A stretch of 32,000 nt of DNA from Alkanindiges sp. WGS2144 (GCF_043950625.1 NZ_CP171007.1), one strand, 5' to 3'; shown: positions 9,590 through 17,406, counted from the first letter of the stretch. Program-made: numbers and translations. The notes: generated by a model from the sequence alone, not told the origin.

Positions 9590-9772
9590 GGCGCACCTCC
9601 TGACTTAACAGACTATCGAAACGATGTAACTGTGCTAATGGCGGGATCTTTAATGGCACATCGAAGGCTGGAATGTCTGGTATTGGTGGTTCCTGTAAGC
9701 GATGAATAATATTAAGAACAGCTTCCACTGTAGGGATCCCTTCTTCTAAGGCTAGTTCCGCGGCAGTTACCC
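9576..9772 (-). pseudogene. istA: istA (IS21 transposase) C-terminal fragment
   Basis: Hand translation gives GVTAAELALEEGIPTVEAVLNIIHRLQEPPIPDIPAFDVPLKIPPLAQLHRFDSLLSQEVRHAAS*. It ends in an overlap with the istB ATG (atgcagcgtcatga), the usual istA/istB coupling. Confidence 0.6.
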
Positions 9773-9812
9773 CGGTAATCCTCCCATAAATAACCGAAGT
9801 TAAAAGTAGAGG

Positions 9813-10625
9813 TTAAGCAGCCATTAGAGGTGGCCTTCCTTTGTTTGCCTGATGTGGTCTTTCATGGTTGTAATGCCACAGCCAGTTTGTTGCATATTCT
9901 TGTACTTCATCCAAAGTATCAAATAAATGTTTGCTCAGCCAACTATAACGTATAGTCCGATTATAGCGTTCAATATATGCATTCTGCTGTGGTTTACCTG
10001 GTTGAATATATTCAATATGAATACCTTGTTCAGTTGCCCAGCGTACAAATTCGTGACTGATAAACTCCGGGCCATTGTCACAACGAATAACTAACGGTTT
10101 TTCTCGCCATTCCAATAACTGATCCAATGTGCGAACAACCCTGATCGTGGGTAATGAGAATCCTGCTTCAATAGCCAAACCTTCTCGACGGTAATCATCA
10201 ATTACATTCAATAGCCGGTACTTACGACCATCGATCAGCTGATCATGCATAAAATCCAGTGACCAGACCTGATTTGCCCGGATCGGCTCTTTCAGTGGTT
10301 CTGGTGCATGCCGTTTTAGTCTTCTTCTCGGTTTAATGCGCAGATTTAGTGCCAATTCACAGTAAATGCGATAAACACGCTTATGATTCCAAACATAGTT
10401 TTCAACATGACGTAGATAAGAGAAACGCAGACCAAAGCCCCAATCTGTATTTTCTTCAGTGAGCTTAATGAGCTGTTCTGCAATGAATGCATTGTCATCG
10501 TTTAACTTGGACTGATAACGGTAGCAGGTTTCACTGATACTAAATGCTCGGCAAGCCAAACGAATGCTAATAGCATGGTGGGCAACTGCCTGTTGTGCCA
10601 TCTGACGTCGGTGAGATGGCTTCAC
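9813..10625 (-). CDS. IS3-family transposase OrfB (DDE catalytic part), normally expressed as an OrfAB fusion by -1 frameshift
   Basis: WSLDFMHD.., ..[11 protein letters not shown].., and ..[26 protein letters not shown] are the DDE(35)E/rve signature. The frame is -1 relative to orfA and is open upstream to about 10700. Confidence 0.85.
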   Translation of the reverse strand: MKPSHRRQMAQQAVAHHAISIRLACRAFSISETCYRYQSKLNDDNAFIAEQLIKLTEENTDWGFGLRFSYLRHVENYVWNHKRVYRIYCELALNLRIKPRRRLKRHAPEPLKEPIRANQVWSLDFMHDQLIDGRKYRLLNVIDDYRREGLAIEAGFSLPTIRVVRTLDQLLEWREKPLVIRCDNGPEFISHEFVRWATEQGIHIEYIQPGKPQQNAYIERYNRTIRYSWLSKHLFDTLDEVQEYATNWLWHYNHERPHQANKGRPPLMAA

Positions 10626-10918
10626 CCTTGCGCAGCAGTGCTGCTCATTGCCATCGCTTCCTGGATAATTTCTGCCTTTAATCGTTCTTCCGCATACATC
10701 TTTTTAAGTCTGGTATTTTCTGCTTCCAGCTCTTTCAGCCGTGCCATCAATGATGTATCCATACCACCATATTTGGCACGCCATTTATATGAGCAGCACT
10801 GCTGCGCAAGGGCATTACTCATGCCGTGTTCACGACAAAGGGCAGCTACAGGTGTCCCAGACTCCGCCTGCTTCAAAATGGACATGATCTGACTGTCAGT
10901 AAATTTAGATGTTTTCAT
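10622..10918 (-). CDS. IS3-family transposase OrfA (HTH / leucine-zipper part)
   Basis: [65 protein letters not shown]. The helix-turn-helix region carries extra residues (LAQQCCS) relative to the usual G-x-S-x-A-T-F-Y-x-W-R pattern. See the finding on the 24-bp inverted repeat. Confidence 0.75.
   Translation of the reverse strand: MKTSKFTDSQIMSILKQAESGTPVAALCREHGMSNALAQQCCSYKWRAKYGGMDTSLMARLKELEAENTRLKKMYAEERLKAEIIQEAMAMSSTAAQG
10625..10812. repeat. Perfect 24-bp inverted repeat with a 140-bp spacer inside IS3 orfA
   Basis: cccttgcgcagcagtgctgctcat (10625-10648) is the exact reverse complement of atgagcagcactgctgcgcaaggg (10789-10812). I checked this base by base. Confidence 0.95.
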
Positions 10919-10990
10919 GCAGAATCTCCTGCTTGTATCTTAAGAGAAAATTCTACTTTTAGATCCTATTATTTTTAGGGGGGATTACCA

Positions 10991-11166
10991 TTCGCCATTG
11001 GATTTTCTTAAAATAATTTCCATAGCTTTTTCCCTTGCCCTAACAGCAGATATTTCTGGATAAGATCCAAGCCCAAGCCAAGTCCATTTATTTTCGTTAT
11101 TTTTGTATCTTAGTTGCCATGATTTTTTTCCACTTGTTTGAACACGGAAATATAAATTATTACTAT
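10991..11166 (-). pseudogene. P4-type tyrosine integrase, N-terminal-domain fragment B (truncated by IS3)
   Basis: Hand translation gives SNNLYFRVQTSGKKSWQLRYKNNENKWTWLGLGSYPEISAVRAREKAMEIILRKSNGE. This is the DUF4102/arm-binding pattern (LYLRV..SG.KSW..RY.....LG.YPE.S...AR). The frame runs straight into the IS3 terminus (tggtaatcc). Confidence 0.8.
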
Positions 11167-11185
11167 AGACCTCTTGCGAAAGTCG

Positions 11186-11635
11186 TTATTGCAAGTTCAT
11201 CCGGTTTACCAGTGCAGCGATTAAGTTAATGCGTAAACCGAATCTTTTCCGTCGATTTCGATAGCGTTCACTTAGTATTCTAAATCTTTTCAATTGACTG
11301 TTAATATGTTCGATTACAACTCGTATTTTTCCAATCATTTTATTGTACTTTTTCTCAACATCAAATAAGGGTAAATTCTTCTTTTTCTTTATTGGCATCA
11401 ATAATTTAAAGCCATCTTGCTCTAACCCATAGTACCCTAAATCGGTCATAACATATTCAAAATGTTTGAATTTTTTTACTGTTTTTCTTGCCAATTTAAT
11501 ATCATGCTGACTGCCAGAAGATATATCTACTCCTATGATTTGTTTGCTCTTCGGATGATAGATCACTTGGGCTTTTAGCGTATGTTTCTTCTTTTTACCA
11601 CTGTAGAACTTACTCTGATTTTTTTTTCGGGCGTT
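11186..11635 (-). CDS. IS5-family transposase, C-terminal ORF (DDE part)
   Basis: The frame is open from 11635: ..RKKNQSKFYSGKKKKHTLKAQVIYHPKSKQIIGVDISSGSQHDIKLAR..MTDLGYYG..VIEHINSQLKRFRILSERYRNRRKRF. It lies in the +1 frame relative to the upstream ORF across the 9-T run at 11619-11627. Confidence 0.8.
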   Translation of the reverse strand, partial: NARKKNQSKFYSGKKKKHTLKAQVIYHPKSKQIIGVDISSGSQHDIKLARKTVKKFKHFEYVMTDLGYYGLEQDGFKLLMPIKKKKNLPLFDVEKKYNKMIGKIRVVIEHINSQLKRFRILSERYRNRRKRFGLRINLIAALVNRMNLQ

Positions 11636-12008
11636 CTATTGAACATTCTGTAGCATCAATAATGACCCAGTTAAATTGTTCGTCTGCTGTTGTAATGCTT
11701 CGTTTTGGCAGGGTAAAACGCCTTGATTTCATTAATGCATCTTCAACCTTTTTAATGGTTCGATTCACATTACTTTCAGCGATATGGTAATTTGCAGCCA
11801 ATTCCAATTGAGTGCTGTAATTCCGTAAGTAATTGAGTGTTAATAATAATTGATCCTCTATAACTAAAGTATGAGGACGCCCAGATTTCTTTTTAAGTGA
11901 TTCTGCTTCTTTTAAAACTTCGACCATTTCACTAAAAACTGGTCGAGGTACACCAACCAAGCGCTTGAATTCAGAATCTGAAAAACGGTTTAATTTCTGA
12001 TATTTCAT
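11610..12008 (-). CDS. IS5-family transposase, N-terminal ORF (HTH part)
   Basis: MKYQKLNRFSDSEFKRLVGVPRPVFSEMVEVLKEAE..SGRPHTLVIEDQLLLTLNYLRNYSTQLELAANYHIAESNVNRTIKKV. Start ATG 12008 lies just inside the IR. The ORF-track start 12197 reads through from the flanking integrase. Confidence 0.8.
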   Translation of the reverse strand: MKYQKLNRFSDSEFKRLVGVPRPVFSEMVEVLKEAESLKKKSGRPHTLVIEDQLLLTLNYLRNYSTQLELAANYHIAESNVNRTIKKVEDALMKSRRFTLPKRSITTADEQFNWVIIDATECSIERPKKKSE

Positions 12009-12049
12009 GAAATCTATATTGAGGCAGTTTTTACTTTCGCAAGAGGTCT

Positions 12050-12140
12050 TATCTTTTTCCCTATATTCTTTTTCTTCTGGCTCTAAAGCTTCTAGAACAG
12101 TATCTGCTAGAGGTCGTCTTTTAATATTACATCTTTTCAT
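12050..12140 (-). pseudogene. P4-type tyrosine integrase, N-terminal fragment A (interrupted by the IS5-family element)
   Basis: MKRCNIKRRPLADTVLEALEPEEKEYREKD matches the integrase N-terminal pattern (L-T/A-D-x-x-I/L-x-x-x-K/E-P-x-x-K-x-Y-x-x-x-D). It is on the same strand as tRNA-Val and directly downstream of it. Confidence 0.75.
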
Positions 12141-12270
12141 TTCTGTACCTTGTATCCCAATATTTAAAATATTATTGGGATACATCAACGGATACAAGAT
12201 GCCTAATTATATGGGTGGTTATGAGTAGTTATGAGAGCGCATGAAATTAACGTAACTTATTGTAATGCAT

Positions 12271-12313
12271 AAAAAAACCACTCATGAATGTATATGAAAT
12301 ATCATGAGTGGTT
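12271..12313 (-). terminator. Rho-independent terminator downstream of tRNA-Val
   Basis: On the minus strand, aaccactcatga (complement of 12302-12313) pairs with tcatgagtggtt (complement of 12276-12287), followed by a T-run (the A-run 12271-12277 on the plus strand). Confidence 0.6.
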
Positions 12314-12320
12314 AATATCT

Positions 12321-12397
12321 TGGTAGGCATATCCAGACTCGAACTGGAGACCTCTACGATGTCAACGTAGCGCTCTAACCAACTGAGCTATACGCCT
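12321..12397 (-). tRNA. tRNA-Val (anticodon GAC)
   Basis: The reverse complement reads AGGCGTA-TAGCTCAGTTGGTTAGAGC-G-CTACG-TTGACAT-CGTAG-AGGTC-TCCAG-TTCGAGT-CTGGA-TATGCCT-A-CCA. It folds by hand into a cloverleaf with a 7-bp acceptor stem, a GTTCGAGT-type T-loop, anticodon loop TT-GAC-AT and an encoded CCA. Confidence 0.9.
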
Positions 12398-12452
12398 GAT
12401 GAGGCCAAATTATTACCTTAAACTCAGCCCAAGGCAAGATTTTTTTCATTGG

Positions 12453-14567
12453 CTAGAGCTTATTCGGCCAACTGCTAACCAGTTTATTCATTTTCTTGAC
12501 TATAGCAGCCTGACTGGTTGGATCATCCATTGTGTTATAACGTGCCTGCTGATACAGGCTAAGCAGTTGAATAGCTGACTTTTGATATTCTGGATAGTCA
12601 GCCAGCCGCTGCAACCAATGAACCACTCCTTCTGATTCATGGCGTTCGAGCCGTTGTTTTTTTAACTTGCCAGATAGTCTTTGCAGCGGTCTATCCAAAG
12701 GATGCCAGAATTTTCGGCGCTTCCACCACATCGCCCCTACAATAGTACTGATCAGTATCAAAAATAGCCCAAGCATCCATAGTACCTGAACATACATACT
12801 TTTAATGCCCAGCAAACGCTGCAACAGGCTTTGTTGGCTGGATTGATCAAAACCAACCACATCGCGTTGCCAGATGTAACCAGCATAGTCAGCCCAGGTA
12901 CGCACCCGGCTTAAGAGCCTGAACTGATTTTGCCGTAACTGATTAAAGGCGCCGCCGCCAAAAATTCGTTGATCCTGCTGTACCAGACTACTCATGCCCT
13001 GTTCAACTCGCTCAGGTGCCACTGCTGCGGTAGGATCTACTCTCACCCAACCTTCGTCTGCCAGCCATATTTCCACCCAGGCATGAGCATCCAGCTGGCG
13101 CACCTCCCAGCTTTGTTGATCAGGCGAAAATTGCCCCCCCTGATATCCCACCACCACACGCGCTGGAATTCCTACGGCACGCATTAAAAATGCATAAGCT
13201 GAAGAATAATGCTCACAAAAGCCACGCCGGCTTTCAAATAAAAACTGGTCAATGCGCTGACCGGTTAGCACAGGCGGTTCAAGCGTGTAGACAAAATTTT
13301 CACGCCTAATCCAGTTCAACCAATAATTAGCATATTGTCTGGGATTTTGGCCTACTTGCGCAAAGACCTGCTGAGCCATCTTCCGGCTGCGTGGATTAAT
13401 ATTGGCTGGTAATTGTAGATTTGTTTTAGCCAGCCAGTCAGGCAACTCCACATCCCGCTTTAACCCTTGTAGCTGCTCCACATTATAACTAAAGCGTCGG
13501 TAAACTTCGCGTGAGTTTTTCAAATTAAATTCACGGGTTAAGCCAACCCCAGCGCTATTACTCAAAGGAATATCCAGCCCGTATAGCCAGTTTTGCCGGG
13601 TGGGCTCCAAAATCACCTGATAGCTAAAACCACTCCGTAAACCAGCCGGAAAGTTTTGTTTAAACCATTCCGGCTGATATTGCATGCCAGACCAAACCGG
13701 ATTATCAGCCCGGTAATCCCTTAACGGGGTCCATGTCACTCCATCAAACTGACTTAACACCAGACCGCGCCAATACAGTTCTGTACGGGACGGTAAGTTT
13801 TTGCGCATATTGTTTTGTGGGTCAATCACCCGAAAGGCAAGTTCGGTGGATTGACTCAGGCTGGCGATATTGCCAGGTGACATTTGGTCAGTCATGCCCG
13901 TAGTGCCTTGCGACTGCGATATTGGCACGCTCCACAGCGGGGGAATACGTGGAAAAAATATGAACAACACCACCAGCAGGGGAATGGCCTGTAGCATTAA
14001 ACGTAGTAGGGGCTTCCATAAGTTTCCTGATGGGCTCATCACTCCAGCATCATTGACATTAAGCCGGGCTGAGTGATGATAAAGCACATCTGGATTAATA
14101 TTCTGCTGTAGTAGGGCATAAAATACCGCAACAATTGCCAGCAGCGCCATCACTGCATTAAAAATGGATTGTTCAAATAAAAACAAACTGGCAGTGACAA
14201 ACAGCGACAGCGTTAAACTAATATAAGCATCACGGCGCTGCTTGAGTTCCAGCAATTTCCCCAGCAAGGTTAAAGTTAAAAATGCGACCCCTGCATCCAC
14301 CCCAAGCACTGTACGGTAAGTAAATAAAATAATCGCCAAGCCAGTCAAAACCACACCATACTGGATAATTCTGGGAGGCTGTGGATTAAAACCAGCTCGT
14401 TTTTTGTGTCTAGCCATGATCAACAGGCCAATTAAAGTAATAACTCCAAGACCTGAAAACAAAGGAGGTAGATGACCAAGATGCGGCAAAATGACAATAA
14501 ACTGGGCGACCACAATCGCCACAAACTGCCGATAATTCACCGCCCGAGGAGGAAGAATATTACTCAC
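12453..14567 (-). CDS. tgpA: Transglutaminase-domain inner-membrane protein TgpA-like (DUF3488 + transglutaminase core + DUF4129-like tail)
   Basis: A multi-TM N-terminus is followed by the transglutaminase Cys-His-Asp core: RRGFCEHYSSAYAFLMRAVGIPARVVVGY, ..DAHAWVEIW.., ..WVRVDPT. It has a GTG start two bases after the stop of the DUF58 gene. Confidence 0.85.
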   Translation of the reverse strand: MSNILPPRAVNYRQFVAIVVAQFIVILPHLGHLPPLFSGLGVITLIGLLIMARHKKRAGFNPQPPRIIQYGVVLTGLAIILFTYRTVLGVDAGVAFLTLTLLGKLLELKQRRDAYISLTLSLFVTASLFLFEQSIFNAVMALLAIVAVFYALLQQNINPDVLYHHSARLNVNDAGVMSPSGNLWKPLLRLMLQAIPLLVVLFIFFPRIPPLWSVPISQSQGTTGMTDQMSPGNIASLSQSTELAFRVIDPQNNMRKNLPSRTELYWRGLVLSQFDGVTWTPLRDYRADNPVWSGMQYQPEWFKQNFPAGLRSGFSYQVILEPTRQNWLYGLDIPLSNSAGVGLTREFNLKNSREVYRRFSYNVEQLQGLKRDVELPDWLAKTNLQLPANINPRSRKMAQQVFAQVGQNPRQYANYWLNWIRRENFVYTLEPPVLTGQRIDQFLFESRRGFCEHYSSAYAFLMRAVGIPARVVVGYQGGQFSPDQQSWEVRQLDAHAWVEIWLADEGWVRVDPTAAVAPERVEQGMSSLVQQDQRIFGGGAFNQLRQNQFRLLSRVRTWADYAGYIWQRDVVGFDQSSQQSLLQRLLGIKSMYVQVLWMLGLFLILISTIVGAMWWKRRKFWHPLDRPLQRLSGKLKKQRLERHESEGVVHWLQRLADYPEYQKSAIQLLSLYQQARYNTMDDPTSQAAIVKKMNKLVSSWPNKL

Positions 14568-14569
14568 GG

Positions 14570-15517
14570 TCAGGGTTCCTGTGCCAGCAAGCGTAAAGCC
14601 TGACGGGTGTGTTGCTCACCTTGCCCCAAGGGTAGCTGGGCTGTAGGCAAAGTCATGCTGAATGCTATATTTTGCTCACTTAAGGCATGTACCCAGTATG
14701 CCATTTGTGACAGTCTGGTTTCATGATCAATGGCTGGCATTTGCTCATAATTCAGAGCATCCTGCTCGGCACAAAAATCAATAAACTGCTTACTGAGCAA
14801 ACCCTGTCCTTTAGCCAGATGCGTCCATGACACTCTTGATAACGACTCTCCTTTCACATAATTTTTAAGCTCAAAAAACTCCTCCTGCCCACTTAAACCA
14901 TGGGTTTCTTCCCCTTCTCCACCAATTCGGTTTAATGCATTCCGTTCAGATTCTATGGGCATTGGGGACACCCATACATCCTTATCAAAATAAATATAGG
15001 TCCAGGCCCGGATCAAACCTAATGGATAGACACTTTGCATCATTAATCTTGGCGGAGTAAACCTGCCACGACCGGGAGTATCTAGATCAAAATGTAAAAT
15101 CTGTTTGTCATTTAAAATAGCAATACGCTGGTACTGCTGCCAAAAAATTTCCAGTTGGCAATAGCATTTGGCCGTTGTGGGGCTTAGCTCAATCTGATAA
15201 CGTGCCTGCTCCCCTGCTACGCTGTCGTCTGCATGAATAACTTTGATTCTCAAACCAGATAACTGCGCATAACTATGATAAATGCCAATGATTAAAATAC
15301 TGCTCAGTAGAAAAAAAACACTTAAAATCAGATTATTGGCGTAATTTACTCCGGCCAGAAATGTAATTAACAGCAAAAAACCAAATAGCCAGCCCTCACG
15401 GGTTAAAAACACAAAAATTTGCCGTTGCGTTAAGGTCACTTCAGTACAGCGTGGCAAACGACGCCTGACCCAGCGTTTTATAGGTGGGCGATTTTCAAGC
15501 CATTGGATAAGATGCAC
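14570..15517 (-). CDS. DUF58-family protein (vWA-like partner of MoxR)
   Basis: An N-terminal pair of TM helices is followed by a soluble domain. Its position between the MoxR ATPase and TgpA is the conserved moxR-DUF58-tgpA order. It has a GTG start 13 nt after the moxR stop. Confidence 0.75.
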   Translation of the reverse strand: MHLIQWLENRPPIKRWVRRRLPRCTEVTLTQRQIFVFLTREGWLFGFLLLITFLAGVNYANNLILSVFFLLSSILIIGIYHSYAQLSGLRIKVIHADDSVAGEQARYQIELSPTTAKCYCQLEIFWQQYQRIAILNDKQILHFDLDTPGRGRFTPPRLMMQSVYPLGLIRAWTYIYFDKDVWVSPMPIESERNALNRIGGEGEETHGLSGQEEFFELKNYVKGESLSRVSWTHLAKGQGLLSKQFIDFCAEQDALNYEQMPAIDHETRLSQMAYWVHALSEQNIAFSMTLPTAQLPLGQGEQHTRQALRLLAQEP

Positions 15518-15530
15518 AATACGTTCCTGC

Positions 15531-16505
15531 TTAACTAATCACAGGGACTTGACGCAAAATCTGGTGCGCTGGCGAGTCAGCTCCGCCCAGTCCTTTTAGC
15601 CCTAGCCGGTGATCAGCAACCGCCACAAATACTGCCTGAATATCTTCCGGAATAACAAAAGCCCGTCCATCCACCAGTGCATACGCTTGCGCTGCCCGTT
15701 TTAAGGCCAGCAAACCACGGGTTGATAATCCGGCATGCTGTCCGGTACGGGTTTGCTCAACCAAATGCTGCAAATAATCCAGTACCGGCTCAGATAAATA
15801 AACCTCATTCACCAGCTGGCGATAGCGGGTTAATTGCTGCGTATCAAGCAAAGATTTAATATGTTGCAGCATGGTACGGCGATCCTGCCCCAGCAATATC
15901 TCCCGCTCCGCCTGAGCTGACGGGAAACCCAGGGAAATACACATTAAAAAACGATCAAGCTGTGACTCTGGCAAAGGATAAGTACCCGATTGGTTTACCG
16001 GGTTTTGTGTGGCAATCACAAAAAATGGCTGCGGCAAGGTGCGAGTAACCCCATCCTGGGAAACCTGATTTTCCTCCATGGCTTCTAGTAGCGCACTTTG
16101 AGTTTTTGGACTAGTGCGGTTAATTTCATCGGCCAGTAACACCTGGGTAAATACTGGCCCCTCACGAAATTCAAATTCCTGCTTTTCCGGATTAAAAATC
16201 GATAGGCCTAAAATATCACTAGGCAACATATCACTGGTAAACTGCACCCGCCGATAACTTAAACCTGAAAGCTTGGCCAGACTTTCGGCCAGAGTGGTTT
16301 TTCCCATGCCGGGAAGGTCCTGTAGCAGTAAATGCCCCCCAGCCAAAATGCAGCTTAAGGCCAGTTTAGCCTGCTGCGGTTTGTCCAGTACAATCTGGTT
16401 TAACTGATTGAGGAACTGATCCAGATTTGACTTGGCCTGCTCAACCAGATGCTCAATCTCCTGCCGGGAAACTTTAGGTTTTTCTGGTTGGGCATCCTGT
16501 AGCAT
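15531..16505 (-). CDS. MoxR-family AAA+ ATPase
   Basis: Walker A is LQDLPGMGKTTLAESLAK and Walker B is VLLADEINRTSPKTQSALLEAMEE. QNPVNQSGTYPLPESQLDRF is the typical MoxR signature. Confidence 0.9.
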   Translation of the reverse strand: MLQDAQPEKPKVSRQEIEHLVEQAKSNLDQFLNQLNQIVLDKPQQAKLALSCILAGGHLLLQDLPGMGKTTLAESLAKLSGLSYRRVQFTSDMLPSDILGLSIFNPEKQEFEFREGPVFTQVLLADEINRTSPKTQSALLEAMEENQVSQDGVTRTLPQPFFVIATQNPVNQSGTYPLPESQLDRFLMCISLGFPSAQAEREILLGQDRRTMLQHIKSLLDTQQLTRYRQLVNEVYLSEPVLDYLQHLVEQTRTGQHAGLSTRGLLALKRAAQAYALVDGRAFVIPEDIQAVFVAVADHRLGLKGLGGADSPAHQILRQVPVIS

Positions 16506-16702
16506 ATCTAGCTTTCCTCACAAATTTTGATAAAAATACAACCGCCAGCGTTGATTCACGCTTATAAAATGCCTTGTTTTCAGCACAATAGATCAGTTTC
16601 TAGCCGGCTAAATCTTTAAGTTATATTTAGTTATACGAAAGAATGACAGGCTTTACCAGTCTGACTAATAAATATTAAGTGACTCTTTTGTATTATTATT
16701 AT

Positions 16703-16729
16703 AAAAAAGAGCCTCAATGATGAGACTCT
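16703..16729 (-). terminator. Rho-independent terminator downstream of efp
   Basis: On the minus strand, agagtctca-tcat-tgaggctct forms a 9-bp stem with one G-U pair, followed by tttttt. Confidence 0.6.
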
Positions 16730-16759
16730 CTAAAAGCATAGGTTTTACAAGGCAAAAGA

Positions 16760-17338
16760 TTATTCCTTGCCAACACGGTTGAGGTATTCGCCAGTGCGTG
16801 TATCCACCTTAATGACTTCTTCCTGCTGTACAAACAACGGCACACGTACCACAGCCCCTGTTTCCAGCTTGGCAGGCTTACCACCACCGCCAGAGGTATC
16901 ACCGCGTACACCTGGATCGGTTTCAATAATTTTCAGAGTCACAAAGTTGGGAGCAGTTACTGACAAAGGTACGCCATTAAAGAGCATAATGGTACATTTA
17001 TCGTTGGAATCATCCTTTAGCCATTTGGCTGCATCTTCTACTGCCTCGCGGCCTGCCTGAATCTGCTCATAGTTTTCTGGATTCATGAAGTGCCAAAACT
17101 CGCCATCGTTGTATAGATAGTCCATTTCAACTTCAACAATATCAGCGCCTTCCAGAGAGTCACCAGATTTGAAGGTTTGTTCCAGCACCTTGCCTGTTTT
17201 CAGGTTGCGCAACTTCACACGGTTGAATGCCTGACCCTTACCAGGTTTGACATACTCATTTTCCATGATTGAACATGGGTTACCGTCGAGCATGACTTTC
17301 AGACCGGGTTTAAACTCATTCGTGGAATAACTGGCCAT
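16760..17338 (-). CDS. efp: Translation elongation factor P (Lys34 type)
   Basis: [50 protein letters not shown]. The KPGKGQA loop carries the modifiable lysine. Start set at ATG 17338. Confidence 0.95.
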   Translation of the reverse strand: MASYSTNEFKPGLKVMLDGNPCSIMENEYVKPGKGQAFNRVKLRNLKTGKVLEQTFKSGDSLEGADIVEVEMDYLYNDGEFWHFMNPENYEQIQAGREAVEDAAKWLKDDSNDKCTIMLFNGVPLSVTAPNFVTLKIIETDPGVRGDTSGGGGKPAKLETGAVVRVPLFVQQEEVIKVDTRTGEYLNRVGKE

Positions 17339-17406
17339 GATCGGCACACTCCAAATATATCAAGATAATGAAAGGAATGCTAAACTAGCACTTTTTAACT
17401 GAACGC

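Larger units (their letters stand above)
8807..9772 (-). mobile_element. IS21-family element remnant (terminus, frameshifted istB, 3' end of istA)
   Basis: The terminus begins tgtcaataacagtg at 8807 and is followed by reiterated 19-nt motifs. istB and the overlapping C-terminal end of istA are present. The remaining roughly 1.3 kb of istA is missing because the IS3 element starts at about 9773. Confidence 0.8.
9773..10990 (-). mobile_element. IS3-family insertion sequence (IS407/IS3-like), about 1.2 kb
   Basis: Imperfect terminal inverted repeats are present. The inner-reading right end is tggtaatcccccctaaaaataa...taaaagtaga and the left end is cggtaatcctcccataaataa...taaaagtaga. orfA and orfB lie in a 0/-1 arrangement. 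Boundaries are good to about +/-2 bp. Confidence 0.85.
11167..12049 (-). mobile_element. IS5-family insertion sequence (IS427/IS1031-like size class), 883 bp
   Basis: There are perfect 17-bp terminal inverted repeats: agacctcttgcgaaagt at 11167-11183 and its complement at 12033-12049. A flanking 3-bp direct repeat 'tat' lies at 11164-11166 and 12050-12052. Two transposase ORFs are joined at an A9 tract. Confidence 0.88.

Noticed and set aside
10575-10892. 105-aa plus-strand ORF antisense to IS3 orfA
   Set aside because: It is fully antisense to the transposase orfA and is partly created by the palindromic 24-bp arms. No independent support was found.
12007-12228. 73-aa plus-strand ORF, and the apparent 195-aa minus ORF starting at 12197
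   Set aside because: The minus ORF is a read-through fusion of the integrase N-terminus (outside the IS) with the IS5 transposase, and the real transposase start is ATG 12008 inside the inverted repeat. The plus ORF is antisense to both.
16714-17060. ORFs 16714..16926(-) and 16767..17060(+) overlapping efp
   Set aside because: They are off-frame or antisense shadows of the highly conserved efp gene, and the Pro/Ser/Thr-rich translations have no recognisable motif.
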